From Eledone cirrhosa (Eukaryota), in NCBI GenBank assembly GCA_964016885.1, contig OZ024748.1, positions 57,040,001 to 57,104,000 of the forward strand: a stretch of 64,000 nucleotides of DNA. Reading direction: 5' to 3'. Below, piece after piece: positions 1 through 13,620 of the stretch (its first letter is position 1; each line of letters begins with the position of its first letter). The translations under genes and the position numbers were made by a program. Below the pieces are notes generated by a model. That model saw only the letters and a list, made by a program, of their open reading frames with translations. It was not told the DNA's origin and searched no databases.

Positions 1-196
1 TCAGACAAAATACAATACATAAGCTGTTTTATAAATAATTTTGACATACCTTATAATAATGCAACTTCCATTTAAAAAGTTGATTTGGTAGTGAAACTGT
101 TATGACAGTTAAACCTACTCCAGAATCTGTTGAGTGCTTTTATATCAGTTATAAAATATTTACTCGTTGTAACCCAACAATTTTAAATAAAACTTT

Positions 197-276
<80 letters not shown>

Positions 277-1002
277 TGTATGTATATATATATATATATG
301 CATATACATAGATATATGTAGGTTTAAATATATATGTATATGTGCATGTAAGTGTACATCTGTCTATACGCATATTTTAAGTATATACGTGTATAAAAGA
401 ATATTATGTATTATGGCTATAAGCAGAGAATGTGAGAAAGTTTGTGACAGAGAAGTATATATGAGACTGTATACCTGCTTCTGGCAACATATATGCATAT
501 AACATGATTAAGTTAGACATGTAAATTAATATTTTGTATATTCATATGGAAGCATTTTTCATATAAACACATACCAATATACATTGACAGAAAATTCTAA
601 ACAAATGTCGATAGACATTTCGATAGCAACACAAGCACACTCAGCGGAAACTAGGCCCACACAGAGAAAATCTCGCTTACGCAGCAGATTACACGCGCAT
701 ACACACATATCCATACACAGAACTAAATGATATTTTCTAAGATGGCTGACTTACAATATTTGCATCCTCTCATTACTTATTTTTCTCACTTTTATCCGTT
801 ATTTAACTTGCCTGTCTTCGTTTTATCCTTTGTCTCACAGATACATTTTTACTCTTTTTCTAACTTATGATGAAGGATTAGCGTCGGAGAGGTTAAGAAA
901 CTTTTCCGAATTTGTTAATTGTGAAAGCATTATTCCTCTCTTGTATCGTATTTTTCTCTCATTTTAATCTTTTCTTATTGAAACTGCTTTCTTTGAAACA
1001 CC

Positions 1003-1069
<67 letters not shown>

Positions 1070-1107
1070 TATATATATATATGCCGCCGGAGTCTAACAT
1101 TTTCCTA

Positions 1108-1139
<32 letters not shown>

Positions 1140-1172
1140 CATACAGAGAGAGAGAGAGAGAGGGGGAGTGAG

Positions 1173-1245
<73 letters not shown>

Positions 1246-1371
1246 CATGAACAGATAGATAAATAGATAGATAGATAAATGAATGTATGGGTTGATATGA
1301 TTATGATCATGCATACATGTATTGCTCTGGGCTTTCACGATTGTATTTTAAAATGATGTCCATGTAAGTAC

Positions 1372-1410
1372 GGTTGCAGCTCGTCTGTATCATTGTACGA
1401 ATTGTGTAGT

Positions 1411-1467
<57 letters not shown>

Positions 1468-1648
1468 GTGTGTGTGTGTATATATGTACGTATGTATTTA
1501 CATATATATATATATATGGGGCGAGAGTGTGTGTGTGTGTGTGTGTGTGTATTCCTGAATGCATATATGCAGAGGTTGAAGCTCGTCTGTATCACTCTAC
1601 GTATTATGTAGTTATGTACATATGTATATATGTATCTATGTATGTATT

Positions 1649-1698
<50 letters not shown>

Positions 1699-1800
1699 TG
1701 TGTGTTTGTTTGTGTGTGTTTGTGTGTCTGTATGCCTGAATGCATATATGCAGAGGTTGAAGCGTATCTGTATCATTGTACGTATTATGTAGTTATATAT
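1372..1800. repeat. Compound tandem repeat: three copies of a 45-70 bp core separated by variable (TA)n/(TG)n
   Basis: Core GC(T)CGT(A)TCTGTATCA(T/C)T(G/C)TACG(T/A)ATT(A/G)TGTAGTTAT at ~1378, ~1580 and ~1761; the last two are preceded by CCTGAATGCATATATGCAGAGGTTGAA. Confidence 0.8.
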
Positions 1801-2691
1801 GTATATATGTATATATGTATGTCTGTATGCCTGTATGCATGTCTGTATGTGGAGGATCATCTTCACGTTTGTTCTCTATCCACGTGCGTGTGAGTATGCT
1901 TATTAATTTTCATTGATTATTTTCAAATCATTTTTTATGTTAATTTTTTTACTGTATTAATTTTTTATATATGTATATTGTTCGCGGATTAATTTAATCA
2001 TATGTTGAAATCACTATGGACACATATAACAATAATTGAATGTTTTGCAAATAAGAACTCCAATGTTGTGTATATATTTAGTTAACTCACTCATACATCT
2101 AATCAATGATGGTAGAATTCAATATTGCAAGTTGTCGGAGAGATTATGACCTTAACTTTTAACTGCTATATTTGTATTTACAATTCCCAGCCGAGGAATC
2201 CCTGAGAGACTTTTTGAAATAATTCAACTGTCTAATTTCAAATTAAACTACAGAATCATTTAATATTTTCCATCAACTTCTCCACCACTTCTGTGTGTTT
2301 TATACGAGCGTCTGTGCGTTTTCTGCATATATGGCTTCGACTCTTAATTCTCTATTTATATGGGGTTTTATATCAATTTTTCCTTTTCATTTTCAATGTT
2401 TGTTAAGCTTTTGTTTACTGTTTGTTATAGCATCATTCAGAAGTTGTCTTAAAATGTTCATATGTCTGTTTTCCGTCATTTAAAAAAATATTTCATTTTT
2501 GGTTACTCATTCTCAATTGTATCCGAGCGAATATGCCAATGTCTATATATACATTTCTGAGTGTTTAATTGTGCTATGAATGTCCGTACTAGTATATATA
2601 CTTAACTATAGTATTATATATGTGTGAGTTTATTTGCTTTTGAGTATACATACTTACACTCGCACACACACACACATATGTGCGTGTGTGT

Positions 2692-3080
2692 AAAATTCGC
2701 CTCTACAATCCATAGACATGACTCGAAACTTTGCAATAAATCTGACTTTGTTAAAGGCTGGATATAAACTAGATGTCTGCTGACAAAAGATAGCAATGTT
2801 GTCGTGAACAAGTTCCATCACACTTCTTGCCCATTACATTTCACTCAAAATGCTTATAGGAATGACAGGTTCTGGTAAAAGGTATTTTTACCATTGTTTA
2901 CCATATTGGAATCAAATATTTCATTTACATGGATAACAGCCCTTTGTCCATTATTCTGCTCATTCAGAGCTGTCAAGGGCTGATCAACAGCAACTAAGAT
3001 GTGCCAGCCAATATGGATGTAGGGCATTTATAAATTTTCACTCGTTCTCCAATACTGGTCGTCAACATTCTCCAACATCT
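2692..3080 (-). pseudogene. Highly degenerate mariner-like transposase relic (tentative)
   Basis: Broken minus-strand reading resembles mariner 'IVTGDEKW...DN' and 'PDLH..K...WDCRG' segments; many stops and frameshifts; judged by eye only. Confidence 0.3.
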
Positions 3081-3544
3081 TAGCCCATCGTCTTTAAAAA
3101 GTTAAACACATTTCTTTAGACGGGTCTACTCTATCATAAGCATTCAAATAAGGTCTTTCATCTGCTGAGGAGTACCTATCTTCTTCCAACCAATCTCATA
3201 GGTATAAATATATTAAATGAGAGTTATTCTTCCTCGTCAGACTAATTTATTCTTTAAAATAAAGAAATGAGAAAGGAAATAGCTGAGATTTCTCTTAGCA
3301 AGGTTAAATAATAAATAGATTTTTAAAACAATGTAAAGACATTAATATAGATTTAGGAAGATTGAAACTTTGATTAGTTTTCATCACACATGAGACATTA
3401 ATCATTAAATGGTTTAGCACTAGGACAGTCTTCATTGAACAGAGCTTTGAGTACAGCCTTTCCAGGCTTCCAAATATGGTCGATAATAGTGACTCGGTAC
3501 ATTTTTTATCAAGTCTAGTATATATTATATCATATATACATATA

Positions 3545-3582
3545 TACATACGATTGTATGCATGCATATACATATGATTTAA

Positions 3583-3657
<75 letters not shown>

Positions 3658-3882
3658 GCTTGTCTGTATATATATATCGAAAAATGGGACGTTTCTAATG
3701 GTTATGATGCTATATATAAGTATATGTTTGTGCCTGTGTATGTGAGTGCATGAGTTTGTGTGTTGGTGAGCGCATGTATTCTCCCCAGCTATAGCTCATT
3801 TTTTATCTCTCTTCCCTATCTTTACTATCATACTTATCTACCTACATTTAACCCCCCCCCCCTCCACACACACACACATTAT
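3545..3882 (+). mobile_element. Dispersed repeat, copy 1 (copy 2 inverted at ~36095-36370)
   Basis: Near-identical to the reverse complement of 36095-36370; both yield the same spurious [34 protein letters not shown]; both end at (TA)n. Confidence 0.8.
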
Positions 3883-3896
3883 ATATATATATATAT

Positions 3897-4817
3897 AGTA
3901 ATAATAATAAAATTGAAGACTAAAATCCAGAGAGGGCTCAATAAGGAAAATATATATCAAATATATAAGAACCGAAGAGCAAATATTTATTAAAATAACA
4001 GATTAAAGTTTAAGCAAAGAATCGCTGCTTTCACCCTTAACGGGATCTTCTGAAACTAACAAAGTCAATCTGTAAACGCAGAACTGGATATTTCAAAAAA
4101 CGTCTCCGAACCTTCGTGTATTTATTTGTAGGGATGTGTGTGCGCTTGTTATATACGTATTTATTTACTTATATACGTTTATATAATTATTTATTTATTT
4201 GTACACAAGCATACACACATACACATATTTATATGTGCGTGGTTTTGTATACCTATGGTAAGGTTTTGCGTATGCTTGTGTATGTACGTATCTGTTTGCG
4301 TGTATGTATTTATTTGTTCCTATTACTTCTGTATTGTTTTTATTTACTTTGTTCTTAACTCTGTAGCGGAGATTCATTCGGTCTCCTAGTTAGAATTTTA
4401 GTCTACAACTTCTGCTATACCATTTACGTGGTTTTGTCTTTGCACGCTATTGTTCTCAACGCTCCACATATGACTTATTATCCTCGTTTTTTCGTTCATT
4501 GCCAGAGAACGTCTTTATGCACCACTTAGAGAACATTAGTCTACGACCTCTTTTATACCATAAACGTGGTTCTGTCCTTGCACGTAATTGTTTTTCACCG
4601 CTCCTATTAATGACGTATTATTCGTTTTTTCCCCTTCTTTGCCAGCGAACGTCACCATGAACCAAAGTATCGTGTTCCTGTCTTCCTCCGGTTGCAACGT
4701 TTTTTGAAATATCCAGTTCTGCGTTTACAGATTGACTTTGTTAGTTTCAGAAGATCCCGTTAAGGGTGAAAGCAGCGATTCTTTGCTTAAACTTTAATCT
4801 GTTATTTTAATAAATAT
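3897..4817. mobile_element. Penelope-like non-autonomous element with inverted terminal arms and a one-sided tail
   Basis: Identical 121-bp inverted arms 3983-4103 / 4697-4817; extra ~85-bp tail 3897-3982 on one side only; (TA)n on both flanks; ~139-bp internal duplication (4399-4513 / 4538-4653); same family at 32870-33074. Confidence 0.75.
4743..4793 (+). ncRNA. Hammerhead-like fold with variant core CAGAAGA (mirror copy 4007-4057 on minus strand)
   Basis: AGTTT-CAGAAGA-tCCCgttaaGGGt-GAAA-GCA(9 nt)TGC-T-T-AAACT: 5-bp stem I, 3-bp stem II, 4-bp stem III. Confidence 0.55.
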
Positions 4818-4836
4818 ATATATATATATATATATA

Positions 4837-4950
4837 TGGCTGGGTGGGTAGAGAATTGGATTCGCAATCGTGATGTTGGAGGGTCGATTCTTGGACCGGG
4901 TGATGCGTTATGTCCTTGAGCAAGTCAATTCTTTTCACGTTGCTCCTTCT
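4837..4950 (+). mobile_element. tRNA-derived SINE (CORE-like family A)
   Basis: A-box-like TGGCTGGGTGG, B-box-like GGGTCGATTC, then TGTCCTTGAGCAAG...TTTCACGTTGCTCC shared with 11086, 28500 and 35845. Confidence 0.7.
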
Positions 4951-5060
4951 GCCTGGATTTGCAACCGATAGATAGTATTAACAATTGCGAAGACCAATGC
5001 AAACATTGTTTCCTCGGTCTGATTTGACGAAAGTCTTTCGACTGACGATATATATATATA

Positions 5061-5330
5061 AGGAAAAAAAATCGATAATGCAACTATTCTTTTCAAGAAT
5101 ATTTATTTATTTCCTTTACCGGTTTCACAGTTCTTATGCTTTTAAAAATTAAAATTGAGATGGAAGGTTTGTCGTTTGTCTCGCGCCAGTTCGGATCAAG
5201 CTGTCGAAACGGCCGGAGCTCAGCCGTCTGGGTCCTCTCTCTTTTCCTATTACCCACTCTACTATCCTAAGTATTGAGTACTCTGTTGCGTCATGGTTCA
5301 CCTGGTATCTTACCACACTCTTTTTGTTTT

Positions 5331-5335
<5 letters not shown>
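5061..5335. mobile_element. Two back-to-back PLE-like terminal fragments between (TA)n tracts
   Basis: Minus strand has GAAAC-CG-GTA near 5117-5126; plus strand has GAAACGGC..GCCGTC at 5206-5228 followed by TTTTCCTATTACCCACTCTACT, shared with 17875-17930. Confidence 0.5.
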
Positions 5336-5367
<32 letters not shown>

Positions 5368-5760
5368 GAATAAAATTAATAAATAACTCAATTTTACATT
5401 ATAATGTAAATAGACTACAATAACTATATTTAAATTAAAGCTAAAATACTGACAAACGTACATCTATTTCTCTCGTATGTTTGATTCAATGTCATTTGAA
5501 AACTCTTAAAGATAAAAAGTGAAAGCCTTTTCACTAATTTCTGCAGCATTAATATGCTTATCTATCTATTTATCTACCTACCTACCTATCTATCTATCTA
5601 TCTACCTACCTATCTATTTATCTATTTATCTATCTATTTATCTATTTATCTATCTATCTGTCTATTTATCTATTTATCTATCTATTTATCTATTTATCTA
5701 TCTATCTGTCTATCTATCTATGTGTCTATACATCTATCTATATATCACTGAATCTATCTA

Positions 5761-5848
<88 letters not shown>

Positions 5849-6424
5849 TAGTTTGTTTATCGCAAGAGAATTTATCGGATTAACAACATTGCTGTTGGCT
5901 TATCTTTAATTTCGAATAGTATTTCTGTCGAGTGAATTGCCAAGATGGCGATTCTTACTCAAAATGTTTCTTTCGTACTTATCAAAGATATCAAAAGGAA
6001 AGATCTAGATACTTCCAAAATTTGATATTATTTAATGTAAATAGTTATGATAACTCACCAGAAATCTTGATAAACTAATGAAATTGTCTCCTTCTAAGGA
6101 TATGTATATGTGTATGTGTTGCTATATATATATGTGTGTGTGTGTATGTGTGGGTGTGTGTGTGTGTGTGTGTTTGTATGTTTGTGTGTTTGTGTATGTA
6201 TGTATGTTTGAGCCTGTGTGTGTGATGTGTGTGTATGTGTGTGTCTGTGTGTGTGTGTATGTGTGAGTTTTTGTGTTTGTGTATGTATGCATGTTTGAGT
6301 TTGTGTGTGTGTATGTATGTTTGAGCTTGTGTGTGTATCTGTGTGTGTGCATGTGTATGTGGGCCTATTTGAATGATTATTCTACTGATGTACGAGAAAA
6401 CTGGAACTATCTGGCGACTCGTCG

Positions 6425-6660
6425 GTGTTGATGTTGCTGTTGGTATTGATGTTGGTATTGGTGTTGGTGCTGGTGTGGTGTTGTTGTTGGTGGTGTTGGT
6501 GTTGGTGTTGGTGTGGTGTTGTTGTTGGTGTTGATGTTGGTGTTGTTGTTGGTGTTGGTGTTGGTGTTGGTGTGATGTTGGTGTTGGTGTTGGTGTGGTG
6601 TTGATGTGATGTTGATGTTGGTGTTGGTGTGATGGTGGTGGTGTTGGTGGTGGTGTTGGT
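6425..6660. repeat. (TGT/TGG)n degenerate trinucleotide/hexanucleotide repeat
   Basis: Directly visible; source of spurious poly-H/T/Q ORFs. Confidence 0.9.
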
Positions 6661-6807
6661 CCAGGACCAAAATTACTCCCTGAATATTTCCTATTTTAAT
6701 GTGATTGGTGAAGCTTTAAGGAAGATTTCGCTGTTATATCTAGCAGATAGGTTTACTCAGTAGCTCTGTCTCTTTCCGTAGATGGTTTTGGTTCTTTGCA
6801 ATTAATG

Positions 6808-6980
6808 TTTAGCCCCTATCAGTACTTCTTGAGCACACTTACTTAACTATGATCAAATACGTTCCACCCATGGCTAGCTCGCCTGTTTTTATATGTAAGA
6901 CTACATTTCCTAATGTATCCTTAAATTCTTTGATATGGCAGTAGATATTAATTGAGAGAATTTAGCTACTATTTCTAGCT
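6808..6980 (+). mobile_element. Degenerate interspersed repeat family C (CTATGATCAAA..TTCCAGC ... GATTTRGCTRCTATTTCTAG)
   Basis: Same motifs at 8838-9418 (minus, interrupted), 10716-10862, ~28370-28500 and ~61346-61576. Confidence 0.45.
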
Positions 6981-7924
6981 GGTGCAAATGTAGAGCCTCC
7001 TTCATGATGCTGATAATTGAAAAAGTGGTATTTGGCGTGTGATGACGACGCTGGCGGAAATAGAGGGTAACGTTGGAGATGGTGATGGTGGTGTTGTTGG
7101 TGGTAGGGTGGTAGTGCGGTTGGTGGTGGTGTTGGTGGTAGTGGTGGTGTTGGTGTTGTTGCTGGTGTTGGTGGTGGTGCTAGGGTGGTGGTAGCTGTGA
7201 TATATGTGGCAGTTGTTGTTGACGAGTTGTTCGTCGGGAGGTGGTCTTGGATGTAATGGTGAAGGAGGTGAGCGGTAATTAAAATGGCGATAGTGTTTGG
7301 AGTGACGGCGGAAACAGCCATTGGTGTTGATGATAAACGGTATTGGTGCTGACACTAGTATCGGTCCTGACGTTAGTGCTAGTGATATGGATGAAAGGGG
7401 GGAAGGAAAGAAGGGTGAAACTGACGCTGCTGTAGACACCGTCTGTGGTTGATAGCGATTGAACGTTTGAGTGATTGTACTGCTGGTGCTGATGTTGGTG
7501 CTGCTAGTGCTGATATCACTGCTGCTGGAGCTGCTGCTGCTGGGATTGTCAGTGATGTTGGTGATGGTGATTTGTAATGTGCTTTCTTTATGATTATTTC
7601 AAATCTCTCGAACGAAACGACCATAAAGTCCAGACCGTTGTTCCTATACAGATATACAATTTCGATTACCATAATACATAATAAATTAAGGTTCAAGAGT
7701 TCTGCTAGTGGTGCTGCCAATTCTGAGACACAATCGGAAACAATATATTAATTATTACTTTGCTTATAATTCTATTTTATTTATTTACTTTTCTGATATT
7801 CTGATGTGATTTTATCTGTTAGATGTTATAGGTTTGTACGTCATTCTGGTAATGAAATGGGAGAGTTAGTAGAAATAGAGGAAGATAGGCTGAGTGATGT
7901 TGGTGGTGGTGGTGGTGGGGGGCT

Positions 7925-7960
<36 letters not shown>

Positions 7961-9122
7961 CTGTTTGTTAGTTCTCTCTCTTTTGCCTCTTTCTCTCTCT
8001 CTTCTTTCTTTCTCTCTCTCACTCTCTCTCTCACTCGCTCTCTCTCTCTCACTCTCTTTATCTATCTACCTCTTCCTCTACCCCTATCATTTTCTATCTC
8101 TCTAATTCTCTATCTATATATCTATCTCTATTTCTCTATGTTACTACTTCTCCATTTACCCTCATTTCTCTCTCATTTTACCTCTATCCCTCTCTTTATA
8201 TATACATATGAGAGAGAGAGAAAGATATATATATATATGGAGAGAGAGAGAGAAAGAGATATATAGAGAGAGAGAGGGGTAGAGGTAAAATAAGAGAGAA
8301 ATGAGGGGAAATGTAGAAGTAGAAACAGAGAAATAGAGATAGATATATAGATAGATAGAGAGATATAGAAATATATATAGAGATAAAGAAATATATATAT
8401 ATATATATGAGAGTATTGAAGTTTGCTTGAAGCATTGTGCAATAATAAGGTAAATTTCTTTAAGTCGTTTGGAAGCCTCGACAATGCAGATGGGTAAATC
8501 TCCGGGTAACAAGATCCGGTGGTGGAGAGGGAGATGTAAGTGGGTGTACGTTAAGATGCGTGGCGTGTATAAGACTGTAACGTGTAGAGGAATGAAGGAA
8601 AGATCGTAAAGGATAATATCGCCGTTGTCTATCAGACACATAATCAAGGACACTAGATTCTGTCTGGATTGATGAAGTCATCTTACTCCTAAGATATGAG
8701 ATGAGAACTGGTACATTTTATCTTTGTAATAACATATAGTAAGGTATTGTACGTGACATAAGCTCATCAGAACTGGTGGAGGAGCTTTCTGAACTCTTTT
8801 CCATCAATATCACAGTATTAATAACACAGACAGTCTATAGCCAGCAAGGGAGTCATTAGGTTATCGCTCGACCTACTAGAAACATCAACCTAATCTAGAA
8901 CGGTGTTCTTGCCCCCGGACCACATTCCTGCTCACTCCTATCGGAGCGGGGTTGGCTGCATGCAGGTGCCATCCCCACGAGGAGGATTGGCATTTCTTCG
9001 CGTCTTCTTTCGTAGTCCCCCGGGCAATATCTTCTCCATCCTGTCAGTCAGGACCAAGAGACATACGACTTATTAGGACAGGCGTATGGTGGCAGTCTTC
9101 AGAGGAAAAGGCAAATAATTCT

Positions 9123-9215
<93 letters not shown>

Positions 9216-9490
9216 ACACACAGAGAGACACTCCCATACAACTATATACAGCTTTTTTTATGTTATACGTCAAATACCAACTTAATAATTAGATCTGGAA
9301 CGATATATGCTAAGTAATGCGGCATTGAATTCATTATCTGTAGGGACATAGCTGGATGGTCACAGCTGGAAAGCCTTTGATCAAATGACTGCTCGATCAA
9401 AGACGGCCCGGAGCTGTACATCATCAGCAGCCAATCTCTACACAATGTGGTTGTTTCAATCAAATAGATAATGATACACACAAAGATACA

Positions 9491-9589
<99 letters not shown>

Positions 9590-9840
9590 ACACACACATA
9601 CACACGCACACAAACACACACTCTCACACACACACAGACATTAAACACACGCACAAACACACAAACATATACACACACATACACGCACACACAAGTACAA
9701 CAATACTAAAACAGATACATAAATATGCAAACAGTTACACATAAGTTCTAATGAAAGCATAGCATAAACACATATACACACACAGAAACATATACATACA
9801 CAAACACACTCACACACATACACCTACATATACGTATGTA

Positions 9841-9882
<42 letters not shown>

Positions 9883-10346
9883 GTACTTTCAAATCACCGT
9901 CAGCGAAGAATAGCAAATACACTGACAGAATAGGCGAATAGTAGAAACTTGAAGCAGTTACTTGATATGTTAACGGAAATACGATTTACCAATAAGCTAT
10001 TAAGTTTTGGCAGCTGTTTCCTTTCACATGTGTTTTACGCATGTTTATATGCACATGTGTGAATGTGTATACGTGTGTATATCATACTAAAATGTAGTGA
10101 GTGTATATGTGATTATATTTGCCTATTTTCATGTATAGATAGCTGTGATTGTTTTGATTTCGCCTCTATACAATTAGTTTGTTTTGATTTCTTCTATATT
10201 TTGCAAGTCACCAAAGACCAATATTTTATCTAATGGAGGTGGAAATACGAATGTATGACATTCATGGCTTTCCTGATCATATGTGGCTAAAGAGAAATGA
10301 TGTAATTTCAATTACCAAATTATCCCTCCTAAAACATATTCTATAG

Positions 10347-10551
10347 CAGTTATGGGCAACCTGTGGCCCGAGGACCGCATGCGGCTGCGAAGCTGTCCGA
10401 ATGGCTTGCTTAAGTCACTTGAGTGAATTCTTTCTGATTGTTTTACCACCCTTTTTTTTAATGTGGGCATGAATGTGAATTGCTGGCGGCCCGCCTGATG
10501 ATGAGCCATATCTCATGCGGACCGCTTCTCAAAAAAGGTTGCCCATGCCTG
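10347..10551. mobile_element. hAT (Charlie-type) MITE, 205 bp
   Basis: TIRs CAGTTATGGGCAACCT / AGGTTGCCCATGCCTG; perfect 8-bp TSD TTCTATAG at 10339-10346 and 10552-10559; subterminal GCGGCCC-type motifs. Confidence 0.9.
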
Positions 10552-10715
10552 TTCTATAGCCTACGGGGCTCATTTATATTATATTTTATGAGGTCGTCTT
10601 TCTGGTGGTCACCATCTTCGTCGCTGTTGTTGTTGCTGCTGCTTGTCGTTGTTGTTGCTGCTGCTTGTCGTTGTTGTTGCTGCTGTTTGTCGTTGTTGTT
10701 GCTAATTACTCTGTT

Positions 10716-10862
10716 GTTTTTTAACCCCATATTAAACCTGATCGAATAGACCTACGATCAAAAGTCCTCCAGCCGTAACCATCGTGTACTTTTAGAATTG
10801 TCTATTGCCTCATACTCAGTATGAGTATGAATTGTGGGAGATTTAACTACTATTTCTAGGTG
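10716..10862 (+). mobile_element. Interspersed repeat family C copy
   Basis: GACCTACGATCAAAAGTCCTCCAGCCGTAACCATC ... GGGAGATTTAACTACTATTTCTAGG. Confidence 0.45.
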
Positions 10863-11085
10863 ATGCTTTGTTGGCTCGAAAGATGACCTCATATCTGGAA
10901 AAGTGATTAATTCGGCAAAAGCATAAAATGGTGGGCACCGTTTATTGTTCTAATCCTGCCAAAGAAATAGTTTTTTCCTAAAACTTTCCATAAATACACT
11001 GTGGTTGACTAATTCTACAACTAAAATAAATATCCATATTGTTTACAGTCATCTAAACAATCAATGATGACCAACATCCTCGAGT

Positions 11086-11230
11086 GTGAAAGCGTATGGC
11101 TTAGTTGTTAGAGCATTGGGCTTGCAATCAAACGGTTGTGAGTTAAATTCTCGGACCGGATGATGTGTTGTTTCCTTGAGCAAGACACTTTATTTAACGT
11201 TGCTCCAGTTTACTCAGCTGTAGAAATGAG
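11086..11230 (+). mobile_element. tRNA-derived SINE (CORE-like family A)
   Basis: A box TGGCTTAGTTGTT, B-box-like GAGTTAAATTCTC, CCTTGAGCAAGACACTTTATTTAACGTTGCTCCAGTTTACTCAGCTGTAGAAATGAG. Confidence 0.8.
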
Positions 11231-11708
11231 ATAATAGGACTGGGGTCCCTATCATTAAATCACCCAATACACCTCCAACGAGATATACCTTGGAGGAGGC
11301 CAGCTAAACCTGCAGAGGTGTGAGCTGACACACACACACACATAGCATCCTTGATTCAATTGGAAACCGCTTCATTTTTCCTATGAATGTGTAAAATACG
11401 TATGGACACATGTTCTATTAAAAAGGCGATATGAAAGTGGGCGCTAACCCACGTGATCAATGCACATTTCATTAATTAAATTTACATCAGTGGTTAGAAG
11501 CATCAATCATTATCTTAATGAGTATTTCTGGTCAAGAAAGACAGGGAAGAAGCCTGGATTCTAGATTAATTAAAATCAATTGAAAATAAAATGCTGTGCC
11601 AAAATCCCACCTCACTTTTTGAGTTCTTTTTTATTTGTTATCAGTTTTTATCAATTCCGTGGGTGGTCTCACCTGCCTGTCTTGATCAAAGTTTGTTATT
11701 AAAATAAT

Positions 11709-11898
11709 TGTTTCTACTTTTGGCACAAGGCCAGCAATTACCTAGTGCATTACTGGTACTTTATTTTATCGACCCCGTAAGGATGAAAGGCAAAGTAAAC
11801 CTCGGCGGGATTTGAACTTAGAATGGCAAGGACCGTAACTCTATACGTCAAAGCATGGCGTCCGACCCTCTACCGATACTGCCAATCCACTGCCCTTT
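11709..11898 (-). mobile_element. tRNA-derived SINE family B (Nin/Deu-domain-like), full length with TSD
   Basis: Minus strand TGGCAGTATCGGT..GTTCAAATCCCGCCGAGG..TTTGCCTTTCATCCTTACGGGGTCGATAAAATAAAGTACCAG; exact 18-bp direct repeat GTTTGTTATTAAAATAAT at 11691-11708 and 11899-11916. Confidence 0.88.
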
Positions 11899-12199
11899 GT
11901 TTGTTATTAAAATAATGATTGTGTTTCTTTTTACTTTTTTGTTTCTTAATTGGGAATTCTAATTAATTATACTTTCTTGACTCACTAGATTATCACTTTA
12001 ATTACTATATTTCATAGGAAACACACTGCCTATAATCTTCAAGGCCTTTTGAAACTAATCAATAATTTGGGAGGATGTAATAAGTGTCTATGTCATTGTT
12101 TGAAGCCTAACTTTATAAATATTACTATTACTATTACAGAAAAATATAACGGGATGTTTTTTATTAAAGTATAAACACTACAAAATAAGCAGCTATTTA

Positions 12200-12700
12200 T
12201 CATAGATCCAGGGAGAGTATCAGGCGTATTGATATCAAAACTGTTATGTATGTTAGTGCTCCTTTATTTTCTATGTCAAGTACGTGTAAACTTGGTGATG
12301 TGAAATACTTTAATAGACGAAGAATCTGAGTAGATTTACCCAGGGTGATACCAAGTAACTGGAGATAGAGAGTTTCTATGGCTATGGCACAGAGCCACAA
12401 ATTATTAAAATCGTGTTGTTGAGATTCTTTCTAATGCAAGAACCATGAACTTCTGCTGACCTTGCAAAATATAGTGAAGGAGCAAAGAAATGTGTTCAGA
12501 TTTGGAGGAATAAAATTTATTTATTTATGTAAAGTGGAATCGATAAGAAGATGAACGCCACTTAATGTACTTGGAAGAAAAAAAATAGCATACATATCAC
12601 AGCTTCTCTTTCATTTCCGTGATATTCTGAAGCCTTGTGACTGATTCTGTAAAAAAAAAATCAATGTACACTAATGGAACATTCAATTGCTGGTGATGTG
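12200..12700 (+). pseudogene. Degenerate mariner-type transposase relic
   Basis: Frameshifted motifs VTGD..YGYGTEPQ (~12356-12400; cf. mariner TGDETWVYGYDPET), ..IWRNK.. and ..PCD.. (~12633) in the expected order. Confidence 0.45.
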
Positions 12701-13579
12701 TTAATAACCTGTGTGGCGACTATAATCTATGTACTTCTTGATCGAAGCTGTTCCTTGTTCTCACCTCTACAACCCGAGTAATTTATCTTCGTAATTTATT
12801 TTCAATTTAATTCTCTCAGTCCCTATCTACTTACACTGTTTAGAACGTTTGATTCTTGGTGTAATTTCTACGAAGTAAAATAATTCAATTTAATGATGAC
12901 AATGATATTAGTAATCACTTGTATCTGATGAATGTATCTTATTTTGCACGTTTTGCGACATTTCTTTTTATAGACTACATGAACAAAACTGAGTTTTGTA
13001 TTTATGATTCTTTCAATAGATTGCCAATGTTTTTCTCTAATACATTTATGCCTTGACACGTCCTTCTAAAGATGCATCTGGAGGTCTTGTCTCTTTCGTA
13101 TACGTATATTTATGTATCCTTCAATAGCCCTAAGTATAATGGATTAGGTTTAAACAGTTCGCAAGGCAATCAGTAGCACCAACATATGTAATGTTATGGT
13201 ACATGCTTTTTAAAGGCAAAGTAGAATTTATACAGGATTTCACTACCATTTCTAGAAAATGCGTTTCCCTCTAATAGATCTGTCAGATAACAGCGCAAAC
13301 ACTTTTACTGTATGCTTGCTTAATCCGGATTGTTTAGGGAGTTAAATAGCAACACCCATAGAACGACAATGTAATACATTATTTATGCAACGAATGATGA
13401 AAAAAAGGCAACGATGTAAGTATGAAATCGTGTATCTCTACCCCACGTTTCTTCATATATGGGAATAGGTCCATGACAAAATGAGTTGCTTAAATTCTCT
13501 ACAAAGCATATGTGAGTATATCTTCCCGGTAAACGAGTATAGTGGATTTATGACAGTATTTGCTGGTGGTGTGTAATAA

Positions 13580-13620
<41 letters not shown>

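Noticed and set aside
3390-3520. Mariner 3' end and TIR
   Set aside because: Only vague similarity, no partner TIR found; too weak to call.
4837-4900. tRNA genes at A/B-box-like sequences (also 11095, 28520, 35850)
   Set aside because: No cloverleaf; each is followed by a shared SINE body.
6407-7720. His/Thr/Pro/Ala-rich ORFs as a low-complexity protein gene
   Set aside because: Degenerate trinucleotide repeats open in several frames; no domain or splice structure.
9880-10060. Hammerhead on minus strand (GAAAC-AGCT-GCC)
   Set aside because: No CUGANGA core or stem I found; at most a decayed 3' half.
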